Position numbers and translations under genes: made by a program
From: Octopus vulgaris
Lineage: Eukaryota
Reading direction: 5' to 3'
Assembly: GCA_951406725.2 (NCBI GenBank)
Contig: OX597815.1
Coordinates: 102,052,001 to 102,116,000 of the forward strand
Length of the DNA stretch: 64,000 nt
The notes under the pieces: generated by a model
The model's database searches: none
What the model saw: the letters and a program-made list of their open reading frames with translations, nothing else
Told to the model about the DNA's origin: nothing
Shown here: one piece after another, positions 27,800 to 41,029 of the stretch
Layout of the letters: each line of letters begins with the position of its first letter
How positions within the stretch are numbered: the stretch's first letter is position 1

Positions 27800-28560
27800 T
27801 TTATCATTAGTATCTAGAGGATTTTACCAAATATTCCGAGTGATACCATTGAAATTTTCACCTTCACTCTTAGATCCTTTACTTACGAACACTAATTCGC
27901 CATTAATTCAGACTTGTGGAATCGGAGTTCAGTCCCAACAGGCAATTATCAGCTTAGCTCTTTGTAGTAATCAATTCCCATGTTAACATCGGAAGGGTTG
28001 AAGAACAGAACCGAAATTATGTTGGCTGAGTTTTTAAAGAGTTCCCATCTTTTGATTGGAAACGGACTACAGAGGATGATTAATGTCCAGATACTAGGAA
28101 ACCTATCTATTACATACATCTTGAATACTCGATGAGATTTGTGACCACTGTTTTAATTGTTAATTCTCAGTGCAACATTGCTTTCAGTGACTTATAGGAA
28201 CGTTCTATACACTTTTTTTATGTTTCGTACTGGAATACAATGAAATATTGTCAATTGATTGTGTTTTTTATCCTTAGCAGCTGAAATATTTCATCTTCAT
28301 TGTTGTCAAACCAGTCTCTGTATGTCTTTCTTTTGATTCGCGAGACTGACGCCCAAATCATTTACTTGCGTCTTTAAATTTTTTCAAGTTCCATTCAAAA
28401 TTGATATCATTACGCTTGCTTTGTACAAGTTCCAATTTATCTTATTGAATTAATTTGTCAACATCAATTGGCTTCGGTGTTTATCTTGCTTTACTTTTTT
28501 TTGCTATGCTTACGAATTTTCTTATGAATCCAAAATATGAATATTTGAATTTTGACTGTT
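27800..28560 (-). mobile_element. Degenerate RTE-clade LINE fragment
   Basis: Minus frame gives RDWFDNNEDEI, matching the RTE/BovB HQDWFDENDxEI motif. Confidence 0.55.
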
Positions 28561-28659
28561 ATAGTCGGTATTACATTAAGCACGAAGATTTAAGACGTCG
28601 GCAATGTTAGACTTTTGAGTAAAGATGAAATCAACCATGGGATTTTGCTTTGATCGTGA

Positions 28660-29055
28660 ATGCACCCATGCTTGCTTCCCAACAACATCGTTTTGGGTTC
28701 AGTCCCCTGCGTGGCACCTTGGTCAAGTGTCTTCTTCTATATCCTCAGGCCAATCAAAGCCTTCTGAGTGGATTTGACAGACGGAAACTGAAAGAAGCCC
28801 GTCGTGTGTGTGCATATATATATTCACATATGTGTGTCTGTAAATATTTATGTACATGTGTCTTTGTGCCTGTGATTGTCCCTCCCCATTCACAGCGTTC
28901 GTTTGTTTATGTCCCTGTAATGTAGCGGTTCGGCAAAATGGAATGATAGAATAAGTACTTAAAAGAAAATTTCATGGGATCGACTTGTTTGACTAAAACC
29001 CTTCAAGGTGATGCTCTAGTATGGCCGCAGTAAAATTACTGAAGCTAGTAAAAGA
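28660..29055 (+). mobile_element. SINE family B copy
   Basis: GGGTTCAGTCCCCTGCGTGGCACCTTGG...GACGGAAACTGAAAGAAGCCCGTCG...TAGCGGTTCGGCAAAA...ATGGCCGCAG. Confidence 0.75.
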
Positions 29056-29165
29056 ATATATATATACATACACACAGAGAGGTGGGTGGAGATAAAAAGA
29101 TAGATAGTGAGAGAGAGAGAGAGAGAGGGAGAGAGAGAGAGAGAAAGATGGACAGGTAGAAAGAG

Positions 29166-29236
<71 letters not shown>

Positions 29237-29791
29237 TAGATAGATAGACAAATAAGTTTGTAGGTATATATGGGTGTGTGAATGTGTGTGTGTATCATTC
29301 CTGACCGAGGAGATTATAACCCAAGGCATCCCATCTGTGACTATCCTGTGTTTTTCCCCCTATGTACAATGAACACAAGACTACATTATATAACCTGGAT
29401 GCGATTTGAGGTAGATATAGCAACAGGTGGAACTATGATATAAAATCTCAGTTCGTTGAGATTAATCTGCAACAGCAAATTGTTTTACGATGGTGAAGTA
29501 TCGAAAAACCAATTCGAAACATTGTTATATTTAAAATCTTGTCGGAATAGCATGCACGTCTTACAACTTCATTTTTCTGTCAATAACTTTTTTGCCATGA
29601 GCTTAAATAATTAAACATCGCTATATAACCGGGGAACGGAGTTGCACGCGCGCGCGTACACACACACACACACACACACATACACACACACATATACACA
29701 TACACACACAGACATGCACATACACACTGACAGAAACAAGCATGTATAAAAATCTCAGTACCAATAGTTTGCGAAGTAATATATATTTCTG

Positions 29792-29825
<34 letters not shown>

Positions 29826-29887
29826 ACTTTCTTTCTTTCGTTCTTTCTCTCTCTCTCTGTATATATATGTTTATATATATATATATA

Positions 29888-29947
<60 letters not shown>

Positions 29948-30184
29948 CATATATATGTAGATTGATAGAAAGATAGATAGATAGATAATGTATGTATATA
30001 CATATATATATATATATATCTACATATGTGTGTGTATATATATATATATATGTATGTATTTATGTATATATATATACACACAAAGATATTTACACACCGA
30101 TATATATATATACATACACATACACATGTGCATATATATATACATATATGTATTTATATTATTTCTCCTTTATTGTACATAAGT

Positions 30185-30263
<79 letters not shown>

Positions 30264-30714
30264 TGGTTGTATATACATATACAAATATGTTTCATTTTCT
30301 ATGAGGGTGCGCAGTGTGTTTGAGAGAATATGTTATAATTCATAAAGCAATATGTCTGTACACACGAAATTAAATGCGCATGAAACCCCATGGTTCTCCT
30401 GTAAACGAGTACACGTGCATCTGGCACGTGTACACATATGTGCCGCCAATGCCACAGTAGCGTGCGGCTATAGACATTAGACGTGGGACAAATGCAGTCA
30501 TCATATCTCCGTCTTTTCACACCGAACGCATTCATAACATGCGTGAACTTGATAAGTAACGAGTGACGGTGTGCGAAGTAGATAGGGGAGGGTGTTCACA
30601 CACACAGACACACAAACACACACACACACACACAAATACACACACTTCACATTGTTGTTTATCTGTGTGCTATGCATGTATCGATGATTAGCTGTATGGA
30701 TGTTTATATGTATT

Positions 30715-30761
<47 letters not shown>

Positions 30762-31005
30762 ACACATACATACATAGATGCGAGTGAGCGCGCACACATA
30801 GATATGCATTTATGAATATGTGTCAGATATACATATATATCTATACACACACACAAATATATAAATATAAATACATGTGAATAGATGATGTCAACAACCT
30901 TCTTGTTTAAGAATAATATATACATGCATCTATGTATATATGTATGTCTGTGTATATATAAATACATACATACACACACACATATACATATATACACACA
31001 CACAC

Positions 31006-31088
<83 letters not shown>

Positions 31089-31182
31089 CATATATACATA
31101 CATACATGTGTGTGTGGGGTGTATCGTCAGCGGATCATATATCCGAAAAAGAAGCACGCTCTTAAAGTTGGACCAGTAATGA

Positions 31183-31377
31183 ATTTACATTAAGCCAAAT
31201 CATGTCCGATCATAGAACGACCAATGGTTTCGCATCCGTAAAACGCTTAGTTTTATAGAAGACTCGTCACACGTCCACGGTCACTGGTGTCTGACGAGTC
31301 GTCTATAAAGCTAAGCTCTCTATGGATGTGAAGCCATTGATCACTCTGTGACTTGACATATATTTAACTTCATGTAA

Positions 31378-31379
<2 letters not shown>
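31183..31379. repeat. Imperfect ~95 bp-arm foldback (decayed palindromic element)
   Basis: 31183-31277 is the diverged reverse complement of 31285-31379, with a short loop around 31278-31284. Confidence 0.75.
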
Positions 31380-31443
<64 letters not shown>

Positions 31444-31950
31444 AGACAGACACACACATATATGCATACTTACAAACACGCGCACACACACACACATACA
31501 CACATATACATATATGGACATATACGTAAACTAAGGTATACATATGTGTATACATGTGTGTATGCTGGTATAAGTGTGCGCGTGCGGATGTTATTGGGAT
31601 CGTGAATTGTGCTCGTACGCACATAGTATAAAAAGTTTAATCGATATGATCACCTTAGTCAAATATCGATTTAGGGTAATTTAGGTGCGCAGTAGATACT
31701 CCACATTATTTGAAACCAGTTTAGGCAAGACACTAGGATGCATCTAGCACGCACCTCCATTTACATTTCTTCTACAAAATGTTTTATATGTGCGTATGTA
31801 TGTGTGCTTGTGTGTGTGTATATGTTGTCTTGTACGCGTGTGTATATATATACATATATATAAATATATATATGTATATAAGTATATATATATATATATG
31901 TATATATTTTTGTATATATATATAAGTATATATATATGTATATATTTATG

Positions 31951-31983
<33 letters not shown>

Positions 31984-32044
31984 TATGCATATATACGTAC
32001 ATATATGTACATGCGTGTATATGTATATACATATGCATATATGG

Positions 32045-32665
32045 GTACAGGACGTTATTGAACGTAAACAGTATAAAATACGAAAATATGAAATATTAAC
32101 TTTTTTTGCGAACAACGGAAGAAACAAATTGCAAACAAGACAAATAACATTAAGAACAACCCTTCACAGGTGTCGGCTGTTTTATCTACTCCGCATTTCG
32201 AACAATTATAAGATGCACCTTCGTCAAAACAGTTGCTTCCGCAAAGCAAATTGAATAAAATTTGGAATTTGCGGAGGGTCAAAGTTGGTAACAAAAACAG
32301 GGCAGTGAGAACAAACAGTAAGGGCTGCTAAGCCATAACGAAGTGAGGTGGCGAACGCTGGAGGAATTAGCTTTGAGAGGAGACAGACAAAAATGCATCT
32401 TATCTCTGTAGCTGATCGAAAGGAAAGAAACTCAATTTAGGAAAAGAAAGACGGTCACGTGTGAGCAACGATAGAGTAAAGGAGGAAGATGGATGAAGTG
32501 AGAGGGACGGATTGAGAACGGTGAAGGGGAGAGGAAAAGAATTAGAGAAAGGATGAGAGAGAAAAAACCAAAGGGGGAGAGTGGGAGATAAAAAGAATTA
32601 GAAAAAGGAAGAGAGAAGAAACGAAAGAGAAGAGGGAAAGAGAAATAGAATAAGAGTCGAATCAA
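32045..32665 (-). mobile_element. Penelope-like terminal/non-coding fragment
   Basis: Same architecture as the 13.6 kb element (GTCACGTG followed by a purine-rich tract). Decayed hammerhead-like TTGACGAA...CGAAATGCG on the minus strand. Confidence 0.4.
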
Positions 32666-32700
32666 TATATTAATCAGTTGTGAAACACGACTGTCACTAC

Positions 32701-32742
32701 ATAAACCTGATGATTGCGTAACACATGAAAGTACTAGTTTAT
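32701..32742 (+). ncRNA. Minimal type I hammerhead motif (GAAAGTACTA family), weak stem II
   Basis: ATAAAC-CTGATGA-TTGCGTAACACAT-GAAAGTACTA-GTTTAT: 6 bp stem I; homologous to 21315-21361. Confidence 0.65.
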
Positions 32743-32859
32743 TTCAATACTGTAAAATTGTAAAATTGTAAAAATTGCAAATAGTAAGACGTGAAAAATA
32801 GACTAAGTTGGAATGTCATTGATTAATTTGTATATACACACGTACGTATATTGATGTTT

Positions 32860-32947
<88 letters not shown>

Positions 32948-33065
32948 GTGTACGTGTGTGCATGCATATATACACCCACACTCACGTATATTTATGTATA
33001 TACTTCTATATACATACATACATACATACATACATACATACATACATACATGCATAAAGATATAT

Positions 33066-33515
33066 ATAATTGGAGAAATTGGAGTCAACAAGGAGTACGG
33101 TTGGACAGTTATTTTTTAATCACTACAATTGTTTCCACACAACGTGATGCTCCAAAGTACAGGTATTTGATTATACAACTGTTTGTTTGCATAATGAGAT
33201 CCAGTTGTGTATCTTCAGGTGATATTCAAGTGTTGTCTCCGTTAGCTTAAAATCTTCGACTTCATGAATCTACAAACTGCTACAAAATTCAAACCGGATG
33301 GGATAGCCTTGAAGTCGCAGATTTTAAACTAAGGGAAGCAACACTTGAATATCGCCAGAGAGAACACAACTGGATCTCATTATTCAAACAAACAGTTGCG
33401 TAATCAAATATCTGTAGTTTTGGAGAACCACGTCGAGTGGAAACAATTGTAGTGATTAAAAAATAACTGTCCCGCCGTACTCCTTGTTGACTTGACTCCA
33501 ATTTCTTCAATTTCA
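33066..33515. mobile_element. Penelope-like inverted terminal structure (two ~200 bp diverged arms, ~45 bp spacer)
   Basis: 33066-33264 is the reverse complement of 33310-33515. The spacer and right arm read KFKPDGI..LN*, reminiscent of a PLE ORF end. Each arm carries GAAACAATTGTAGTGAT. Confidence 0.7.
33119..33223 (-). ncRNA. Type I hammerhead motif with long stem II insertion
   Basis: ATCAC-CTGAAGA-TACACAAC-(~67 nt)-GTTGTGTG-GAAAC-AATT-GTA-GTGAT. Confidence 0.7.
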
Positions 33516-33991
33516 TATTCACATACAACGAATACCCAAACATAAACATGGAAGTATATAATAATGCTACCGGATAGTATTGGGTAATTCCGAGGGTGCA
33601 CGGGCTTTATACTGTACTCTGCCACGTTCCTAACGGAATATACCACAACTATATATATATATATATATGTATATATATAAAATATACAAAATGGGACAAG
33701 AACGCAAAACATCCGGACAGCTACGTGATACAAGAAGGGACAACAAAACATCCAGATAGACGATACAAAGAAAACAAGGACGGGTCATTCGAGTTTTCTT
33801 TCCTCAGTCAAGTACCAGATTATACTCGCAATTTCGGCAGATTATTCTTGAGATTGCTCCCATCTTGCCAGTCCCAAGGAAAAACTAAGCTAAGAGCATT
33901 AGATTCCTTGGAAGAAAGCGGCGAATGTATACAAAAGCAAAGACGGAAAAAACGGACAATATATATATACATACATGCATACATACATACA

Positions 33992-34027
<36 letters not shown>

Positions 34028-34029
34028 TG

Positions 34030-34142
<113 letters not shown>

Positions 34143-34199
34143 ATGTATGTATAATATGCGTATATATGCATATTTGCCATACATATATGTATATATATG

Positions 34200-35200
34200 G
34201 ATCGTTAGCAACAAAACTGGCAACCCAACGAAACTTGCTTGGTGTGGAAAATGAGTTTTGGATACTCTGTGGGGGTGAAAAAACAAGACTCATTAAAGAG
34301 TGGATGAACTCATGAGAGTCAGTGGCCGTCTAATTGTGTGCAAATATGCTTCTTTCAAACTCCTGCTGACTTCTTAATATTCATTGATGGGAAAAGTCTA
34401 AGAAAAGGCACTCTGAAATGAAACCTATGTTTAATGTAGATGCTAGTCATGTTGCAATATTTGTCACTGGCTTCCAGTTACTGACACGTAGAAAATTGTA
34501 TGTGTTGTACACGAGTATGTTACTTTAATCCAATGGCGTTCAGAGGTCTCATTCTATTTAGTTCAATCCAATGGCGTTCAGAGGTTTCATTCTATTTAGT
34601 TCATCATCTCTTTGTTACAGTCCTATGGCGATGGCGGAGTGCAGACTTAACCAGCTGAAGACCGCACAGTGATGAATCTACACTCGAGCTGGCAGGCAGG
34701 TTATGCTAATGTCATGCGCTCATGAGCAGAAATTGCTTCAACAGGATTTCTTTTCTCACTCCTCTTTAGCAGTGCACTGCTCACCCAGTTACTTTGTGTC
34801 GGGTGATGTGCTAAAAAGGGGTGCATTAAAAAATCTCTTGTCTTATGCTGGTTAGTTTACTGTGGCTGGTGTTGGTCATCAAAAGCAGGAATGAACAGAG
34901 ATTTAACACACGATTTTATTTTAAAGATAAAATAAATTAACACCTTCTATGGATTGTCCTAAACACCTGGGTACATTTGTAGCTAAAGAACTGCAATGTC
35001 TCGGGATAGATATCGCAGCACCTTCAAAAGTTCAGCTTCCTTGTAAAGACAATTTCAGAAAAAGCTTCTTCTGTGTTCACAATTTTCTGGGCTGAAAACC
35101 AAGGTGTTGGATTTGCTGCGAAAAACAGTCTAGTAGAAGATTTAGAGCGGCTATACAGCATAAGTGATCGAATAGTCATTCACCATGTTCCAAGAATTCG
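34200..35200 (+). mobile_element. Degenerate RTE-clade LINE 5' region and endonuclease start
   Basis: FVAKELQCLGIDIAAPSKVQL and QGVGFAAKNSL...ISDRI match RTE APE motifs (ARELxRYNIDIAALSETRL; GVGFAI; ISDRL). Includes a 38 bp tandem duplication at 34527-34602. Confidence 0.65.
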
Positions 35201-35544
35201 GACCAAATCTCTGATTTAATGTTACCTTTTTACCTTACACCAGTCCTAGTGTACCTGGAAAGGGTCATAGGCACTGACTTCCTTCCTGATCAAAAGATAA
35301 AAGCAATCCGTAAGTAGAGTTAAAACTTTTAGCCAAGGTACTCCAAACTAATGGGACGGCAGTATAACTTTAGGTTCCCCACCCTCACGCCTATTTAGTG
35401 AGTTTGCAGATAATCTTTCCCGATTTATTTATATTTGTAGTATAGTTTATGCTTGGCAGATTGCCATTGGTTTTTAGATGTTCTTCTTCACAAACATCCA
35501 TTCGTTGATAGATTCAATTGACCCGGCTAAAATAATTATTTCTA

Positions 35545-35750
35545 CTATTGGCACAAGGCCTGAAATTTTGGAGGAAGTGGTAGTTGATTATCGATCCTAG
35601 TACTTGACTTGTACTTATTGTATAGATACTGAAAGAATGAAAGACAAAATTGTCCTCGGCGAAATTTGAACACAGAAAGTAAAGACGGATGAAATATTGC
35701 TAAGCATTTTGTCCGACGTGCTAACCCTTCTGCCAGCTCGCTGCAACCAT
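35545..35750 (-). mobile_element. SINE family A copy
   Basis: Reverse complement of the family A head and body; also seen at 3685-3885, 36813-37000 and 42408-42622. Confidence 0.7.
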
Positions 35751-36486
35751 TGTAACACGAGCGAAACAATAAACATACAACTAAATGTAAGACATGAACG
35801 CAATACAATAAGAATTGTACTGAATATTTATGAAATAATGGACTTGATAAAGTTCAAAGAAATAAAACAACTGAAAGAAGTAGAAAAGGAAGAGGAGGGA
35901 TTTAATTGTGTGAGGTGTTTAGAAGAATGCACTTATATTGTGTTGGTAACCGGAGCTTTGATTTCCTTTCGTAATACTTTGAAATCCATTTTTTTAGGTA
36001 ATATGTCAATTTTTAGAGACACAGGTCGCGAAGTAGAGCAATTAGATGTCCCATTGAAATGAAGTGTGCCTTTAAATCAGCAATAATGAAGACTACATAA
36101 GAACAATTGCAGCAACAACCACGACTACTTTTACTGCAACAAAGCTGCATCAAAAAAATGTAAGCGGCAAAAACAAAAAAAAAGCAATAAATTTCTAGTC
36201 CGACGTTGAGATTGTTCTTTTTCAAAGTCAGGTATCTATTGAAAACGTTACGTACAAGTGGACTTGTGTGGGAGTAGATATTGTTATATGTGTACGCGTC
36301 AATGCACGTGTATATACATGTGTATGTGTGTGGGTTCATGCATACGTGCATGTGTTTCGCTGTATGCATGTTTGGTGTATACAGGAGCGTGCGTGTGTAT
36401 GCTTCTGTGATGCTTCTAACCAAGCGTATATACTTGTAGGACTGTGCATGTGAATGACTGCATGTAATTTAGTGTGTATATGTGAA

Positions 36487-36793
36487 GGCGCGTGGCTTAA
36501 TGGTTAGGGTATTCGTTCACGATCGTAAGGACATGAGATCGATTTCCAGTAGCACGTTGTGTCCTTCAACAAGACTCTTTATTTCATGTTACTCCAATCA
36601 ACTCAGCTGACAAAAACGAGTTGTACTTGTAATTCAAAGGGTCATTCTTCTGACACTGAAACTCCCTGAGAACCACGTTAAAGGTACGCATGTCGCTGGA
36701 GTGCACAACCACATGCACGTTAATTTCACGTGCAGGCTATTCCGTCGATCGGATCAAGTGGAATCCTCGTCAACGCAATCGATGGAGGGCCAG
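36487..36793 (+). mobile_element. tRNA-derived CORE-type SINE family C
   Basis: GGCGCGTGGCTTAATGGTTAGGG head, GTGTCCTTnAnCAAGACnCTTTATTTCA...CTCAGCTG...AAAAnGAGT core. The tail is shared with 50417-50737 and 54998-55180. Confidence 0.75.
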
Positions 36794-37048
36794 TAATATT
36801 TATATGTATATAAGGTGGCGAACTAGCAGAATGGTTAGCAATCGTGGCAAAACGTTCTGAGTTCAAATTTCGCCGAGCTCAGCTTAGCCTTTCGCCCTTT
36901 CGCAGTCGATAAGATAAGTACCAGTTGAGTTTGATGGTCAACATAATCTACTTGCTCCCACCTTCAAAAGTTTTGGTCTTGTACCAAAATTTGAAACCAA
37001 TATGTATATATAAGTTTATATATACATATATACGAGAGTGTGTTTGTA

Positions 37049-37147
<99 letters not shown>

Positions 37148-37429
37148 GTGTGCATGTAAACATATAGAGGATGACTTGGTAGATTAGTTAAGAAATTCAC
37201 TTTGGGACAATATGCTGAAACCACTCACAAAGCTCGATTGTTCGATAAGGATCATCATCATTAATTGCATGTGATAATCTTGGGATTTCCTCCCCTGTTA
37301 ATGCGCCGTATGCATAGTTTTTCTTTTCTTGAACTGTGAATACATGTTCTTTTTGATGGACTCTCTGCTGTTTGTCTGTCTATCTATCTATCTATCTATC
37401 TATCAATCTATCTATCTATCTATTTATCA

Positions 37430-37503
<74 letters not shown>

Positions 37504-37604
37504 TTTATTCTTTTAGCTGTCTCAGTTATTTGACTGTGACCATGCTGAAGCACCACCCTATATATATATAAAGAGAGAGAGAGAGACAGACAGATAGATA
37601 GATG

Positions 37605-37695
<91 letters not shown>

Positions 37696-37711
37696 TAGAT
37701 ATAGACATATA

Positions 37712-37980
37712 TTCTTGTTTCAGTCATTAGACTCCCGCCATGCTGGTGCACCGCCTTGAAGAATTTTAGTCTAACGAATCGAGCCCAGTACTTTTTTTTG
37801 TGAAGTTAGGTGCTTATACTGTCGGTTTCTTTTGACGCACCGCTACATTACGGGAGCGTAAACGCACCTACACCAGTTGTGAAGCGGTGGTGAGGGATAA
37901 ATACATACTCAAAGACACACACACACACACACAAGAACGCAAACATGCACAGACACACAGACACACACAGACACACACAG

Positions 37981-38021
<41 letters not shown>

Positions 38022-38178
38022 ACGGGCTTCTCTCTGTTTCCATCTACCAAATCCCCCTACAAGACTTCGGTTAACCCGAGGCTATAGTAGGAGGCTCATG
38101 CCCTAGGGGCCACGCAATGGAAGTGAACCTGGAACTATACGGTTGGGAAGCAAAATTCTTTCCACACAGTCATACCAG
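37712..38178 (-). mobile_element. SINE family B copy
   Basis: Reverse complement of the family B consensus, with an internal (CA)n/(TA)n tract. Confidence 0.75.
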
Positions 38179-38191
38179 CGCCGATGCTACG

Positions 38192-38247
<56 letters not shown>

Positions 38248-38357
38248 TATTCACGTGCGTATGTGTGTATGTGTGTGTGTGTGTATTAAGCAGCAAACTT
38301 AAAATTAATTTGGTATTATTCATTCCGTACTATTCATTCTGTATTATTCATTCCATA

Positions 38358-38768
38358 GGCGCAGGAGTGGCTGTGTGGTAAGTAGCTTGCTAACCAACCA
38401 CATGGTTCTGGGTTCAATCCCACTGCGTGGCATCTTGGGCAAGTGTCTTCTGCTATAGCCCCGGGCCGACCAATGCCTTGTGAGTGGATTTGGTAGACGG
38501 AAACTGAAAGAAGCCTGTCGTATATATGTATATATATGTATGTGTGTGTGTGTGTTTGTGTGTCTGTGTTTGTCCCCCTAGCATTGCTTGACAACCGATG
38601 CTGGTGTGTGTTCACGTTCCCGTCACTTAGCGGTTCGGCAAAAGAGACCAATAGAATAAGTACTGGGCTTACAAAGAATAAGTCCCGGGGTCGATTTGCT
38701 CGACTAAAGGTGGTGCTCCAGCATGGCCGCAGTCAAATGACTGAAAAAAGTAAAAGAGTAAAAGAGTA
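38358..38768 (+). mobile_element. SINE family B, well-preserved full-length copy
   Basis: A-box TGGCTGTGTGG, B-box GGTTCAATCCC, CTTGGGCAAGTGTCTT core-like motif, internal microsatellite, tail ending in (AGTAAAAG) repeats. Confidence 0.85.
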
Positions 38769-39297
38769 CTAGATATGTTTCCTTTACTGATAGGAGTTAC
38801 GAAGATATACATATAGAAAATCATGTAGAGACATCTCCTATTTGTAATTAATCAGGGTGAGAATTAAAATAGTTGTAATACGGAATAAACAATGCTAAAA
38901 CAAATTCCAGTTTTCTATTTTAATATTTAATTACTCTACAATAAATATTTTTCCAGCATCTAACGGTATTCTCCAGTAATTTCAACTCTCACACAAACCA
39001 TATCAGTTACAAATATACTTTGAAAATCTGGAATAAGCAGACGTGTTTCATGAGGTAACAGTTTGAATTATAACTCTTTCTACATACGATTCTCCTCAAA
39101 TATAATTTACTTGATCATATATATACAACTTATAAATGATAAATTATATGGTTGTTGACGATTTGCCTATTTTCGGCATATTTGGCATTAGAATTTTTTT
39201 CTTTTGACCTTGTTTATAAGTTGTTTATAAATTTAACCGTTAAAGGTATTTTTTAATATGCTGGCCATTGATAGAATTTTTTTCGAAAATTTTTATC

Positions 39298-39351
<54 letters not shown>

Positions 39352-39749
39352 TCCTTATAACAATATGTATTCCTAAATCAATTTTCTTCATATATGGTGA
39401 TAAAAAATATGTTTATATCTTTACTAGTAGTATATCTCGCACCTCCCCTAAGTACACAATATATCCATCTAAGATCTATAATTACATTTTTTATCTTTAT
39501 GTATTTTTATTGTATACATTTGTAAAACCCTTTTTCACTTTTAGCGTTATTTACATTAAATTCTGGTATATCTATTTTTATCTCAGTCTCTTTATTTAAA
39601 ATAAAGATCGGTATAATGTTTTCTATACATATATATATTTCTTATATATCTTTTATATTATTTTTATATCATTTTATATATCTTTATAATAAAGATCTTG
39701 TTATGATTTTTTCTATACATATATACCTTTATAATTTCCCATGTATTTT

Positions 39750-40590
39750 TGTCGTGGTGGAAGAGCTTGTCTGTTCCAATGATTCTGAAGGCAATACCAT
39801 GTTGAGTCTTAGACTCCTGGTAGGACACACCCATGGCGGCAAGGTCGAGGATGAGGTCCCAGACTAAACACGACCAGACACTAACATTAATTTTATATTT
39901 TTCTATATTTTTTCTATATTTTTCTTATATTTTTATATTCTTTTATTTCTTATTTTTATAGTTCTTATACTTTAACATATATTCTTTACAATTGTTTTAA
40001 TATATTCTTTTACATAGTTTTTTTATATCCTTTATAGAAGTGGCTTTGTGGATAGTAGCTTGCCTACCAACCACATGGTTCCGGGTTCAGTCCCACTGTG
40101 TGGTGGAAGAGCTTGTGTGTTCCAATGATTCTGAGAACGATACCGTCTGGTAGGGCCAACCATAGCGGCAAGGTCGAGGATGAGGTCCCATACTAAACAC
40201 GACCAAATACTAACATCAAAACCCCCAATGGCGGAGCAAGCGGAGGAGAGCTGTCTCAAGCCCCCAAGGATTGACTCCGGCGGAAGAGGGCAAGGGGAAA
40301 AATCCTAATGAACCACGCATCCATGGAGTTGGCCTTGCCATCAAAACGCAATTCGTGGATCAACACAGACTCGTCCAAACTACCGTCAATGAGCGCCTGA
40401 TGACTGTTCAGATCCCACTCATTCGGGACATATTCCTTACGCTGATCTCTGTGTATGCCCTTACCCTCACATCTGAAGACGACGTCAAGGCTTCGTTCTA
40501 CAACCTGCTGGATCGCACCATCCAGACAGTCCTCGCGCACGACAAACTCGTCGCGTGGGGGGGGGGGCTTTAACGGCAGAGTCGGCAGAG
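39750..40590 (+). mobile_element. RTE-clade (BovB/Expander-like) LINE: duplicated 5' leader (39750-39890, 40100-40220) and APE endonuclease fragment
   Basis: ORF 40271-40573 reads HGVGLAIKT...VNERLMTVQIPL...LTLISVYALTLTSEDDVKASFY...DKL followed by frameshifted FNGRVG. The leader resembles conserved RTE 5' UTRs. Confidence 0.8.
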
Positions 40591-40884
40591 TCTAATAATC
40601 CCTAAATTCTTCTTTGTTCTGAGCAAATATACACTATTCTGATAAGTTTATTCTGATAAGTATTTTCTGGATTTCTTCGACTTCTTTGAGTGCTTGTTGC
40701 GGATACTGCTGCCGCCACTTCCTCCTCCTTCGTTACTGCGTCTGTTGCGGCCAACTCCTCCTCCGCTGCTGCTTTCACGTTTCCGCTTTGATCTTGGTAG
40801 CAAGATCTATGTAAATATTTTTACTCCGTGAATTTGTCAACTCTGTTGAATAAGTTGAACTGTCCTTTATGTTTGAAGATCATA

Positions 40885-40973
40885 AATTCATCTGACGAAA
40901 ACGGCTTCTATGCAATGACGTAATGTTCTCATTAATCAATTAAACGAGTCGTTAGAAACGGCCGTAATGAATT
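40885..40973 (+). ncRNA. Type I hammerhead ribozyme motif, intact core
   Basis: AATTCAT-CTGACGA-A-AACGGCTT-(~38 nt)-GAGTCGTT-A-GAAAC-GGCC-GTA-ATGAATT: 7 bp stem I, 8 bp stem II, palindromic stem III ACGGCCGT, GUA triplet. Confidence 0.8.
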
Positions 40974-41029
40974 GACACCTGTATCTCTTTGTTGTACATA
41001 TTTCTTTAAACTTGGTACGACTCTATAAC

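Noticed and set aside
38358-38430. tRNA-like sequences at SINE heads
   Set aside because: A/B boxes are present but they continue into SINE bodies without a complete cloverleaf, so they are not called as tRNA genes.
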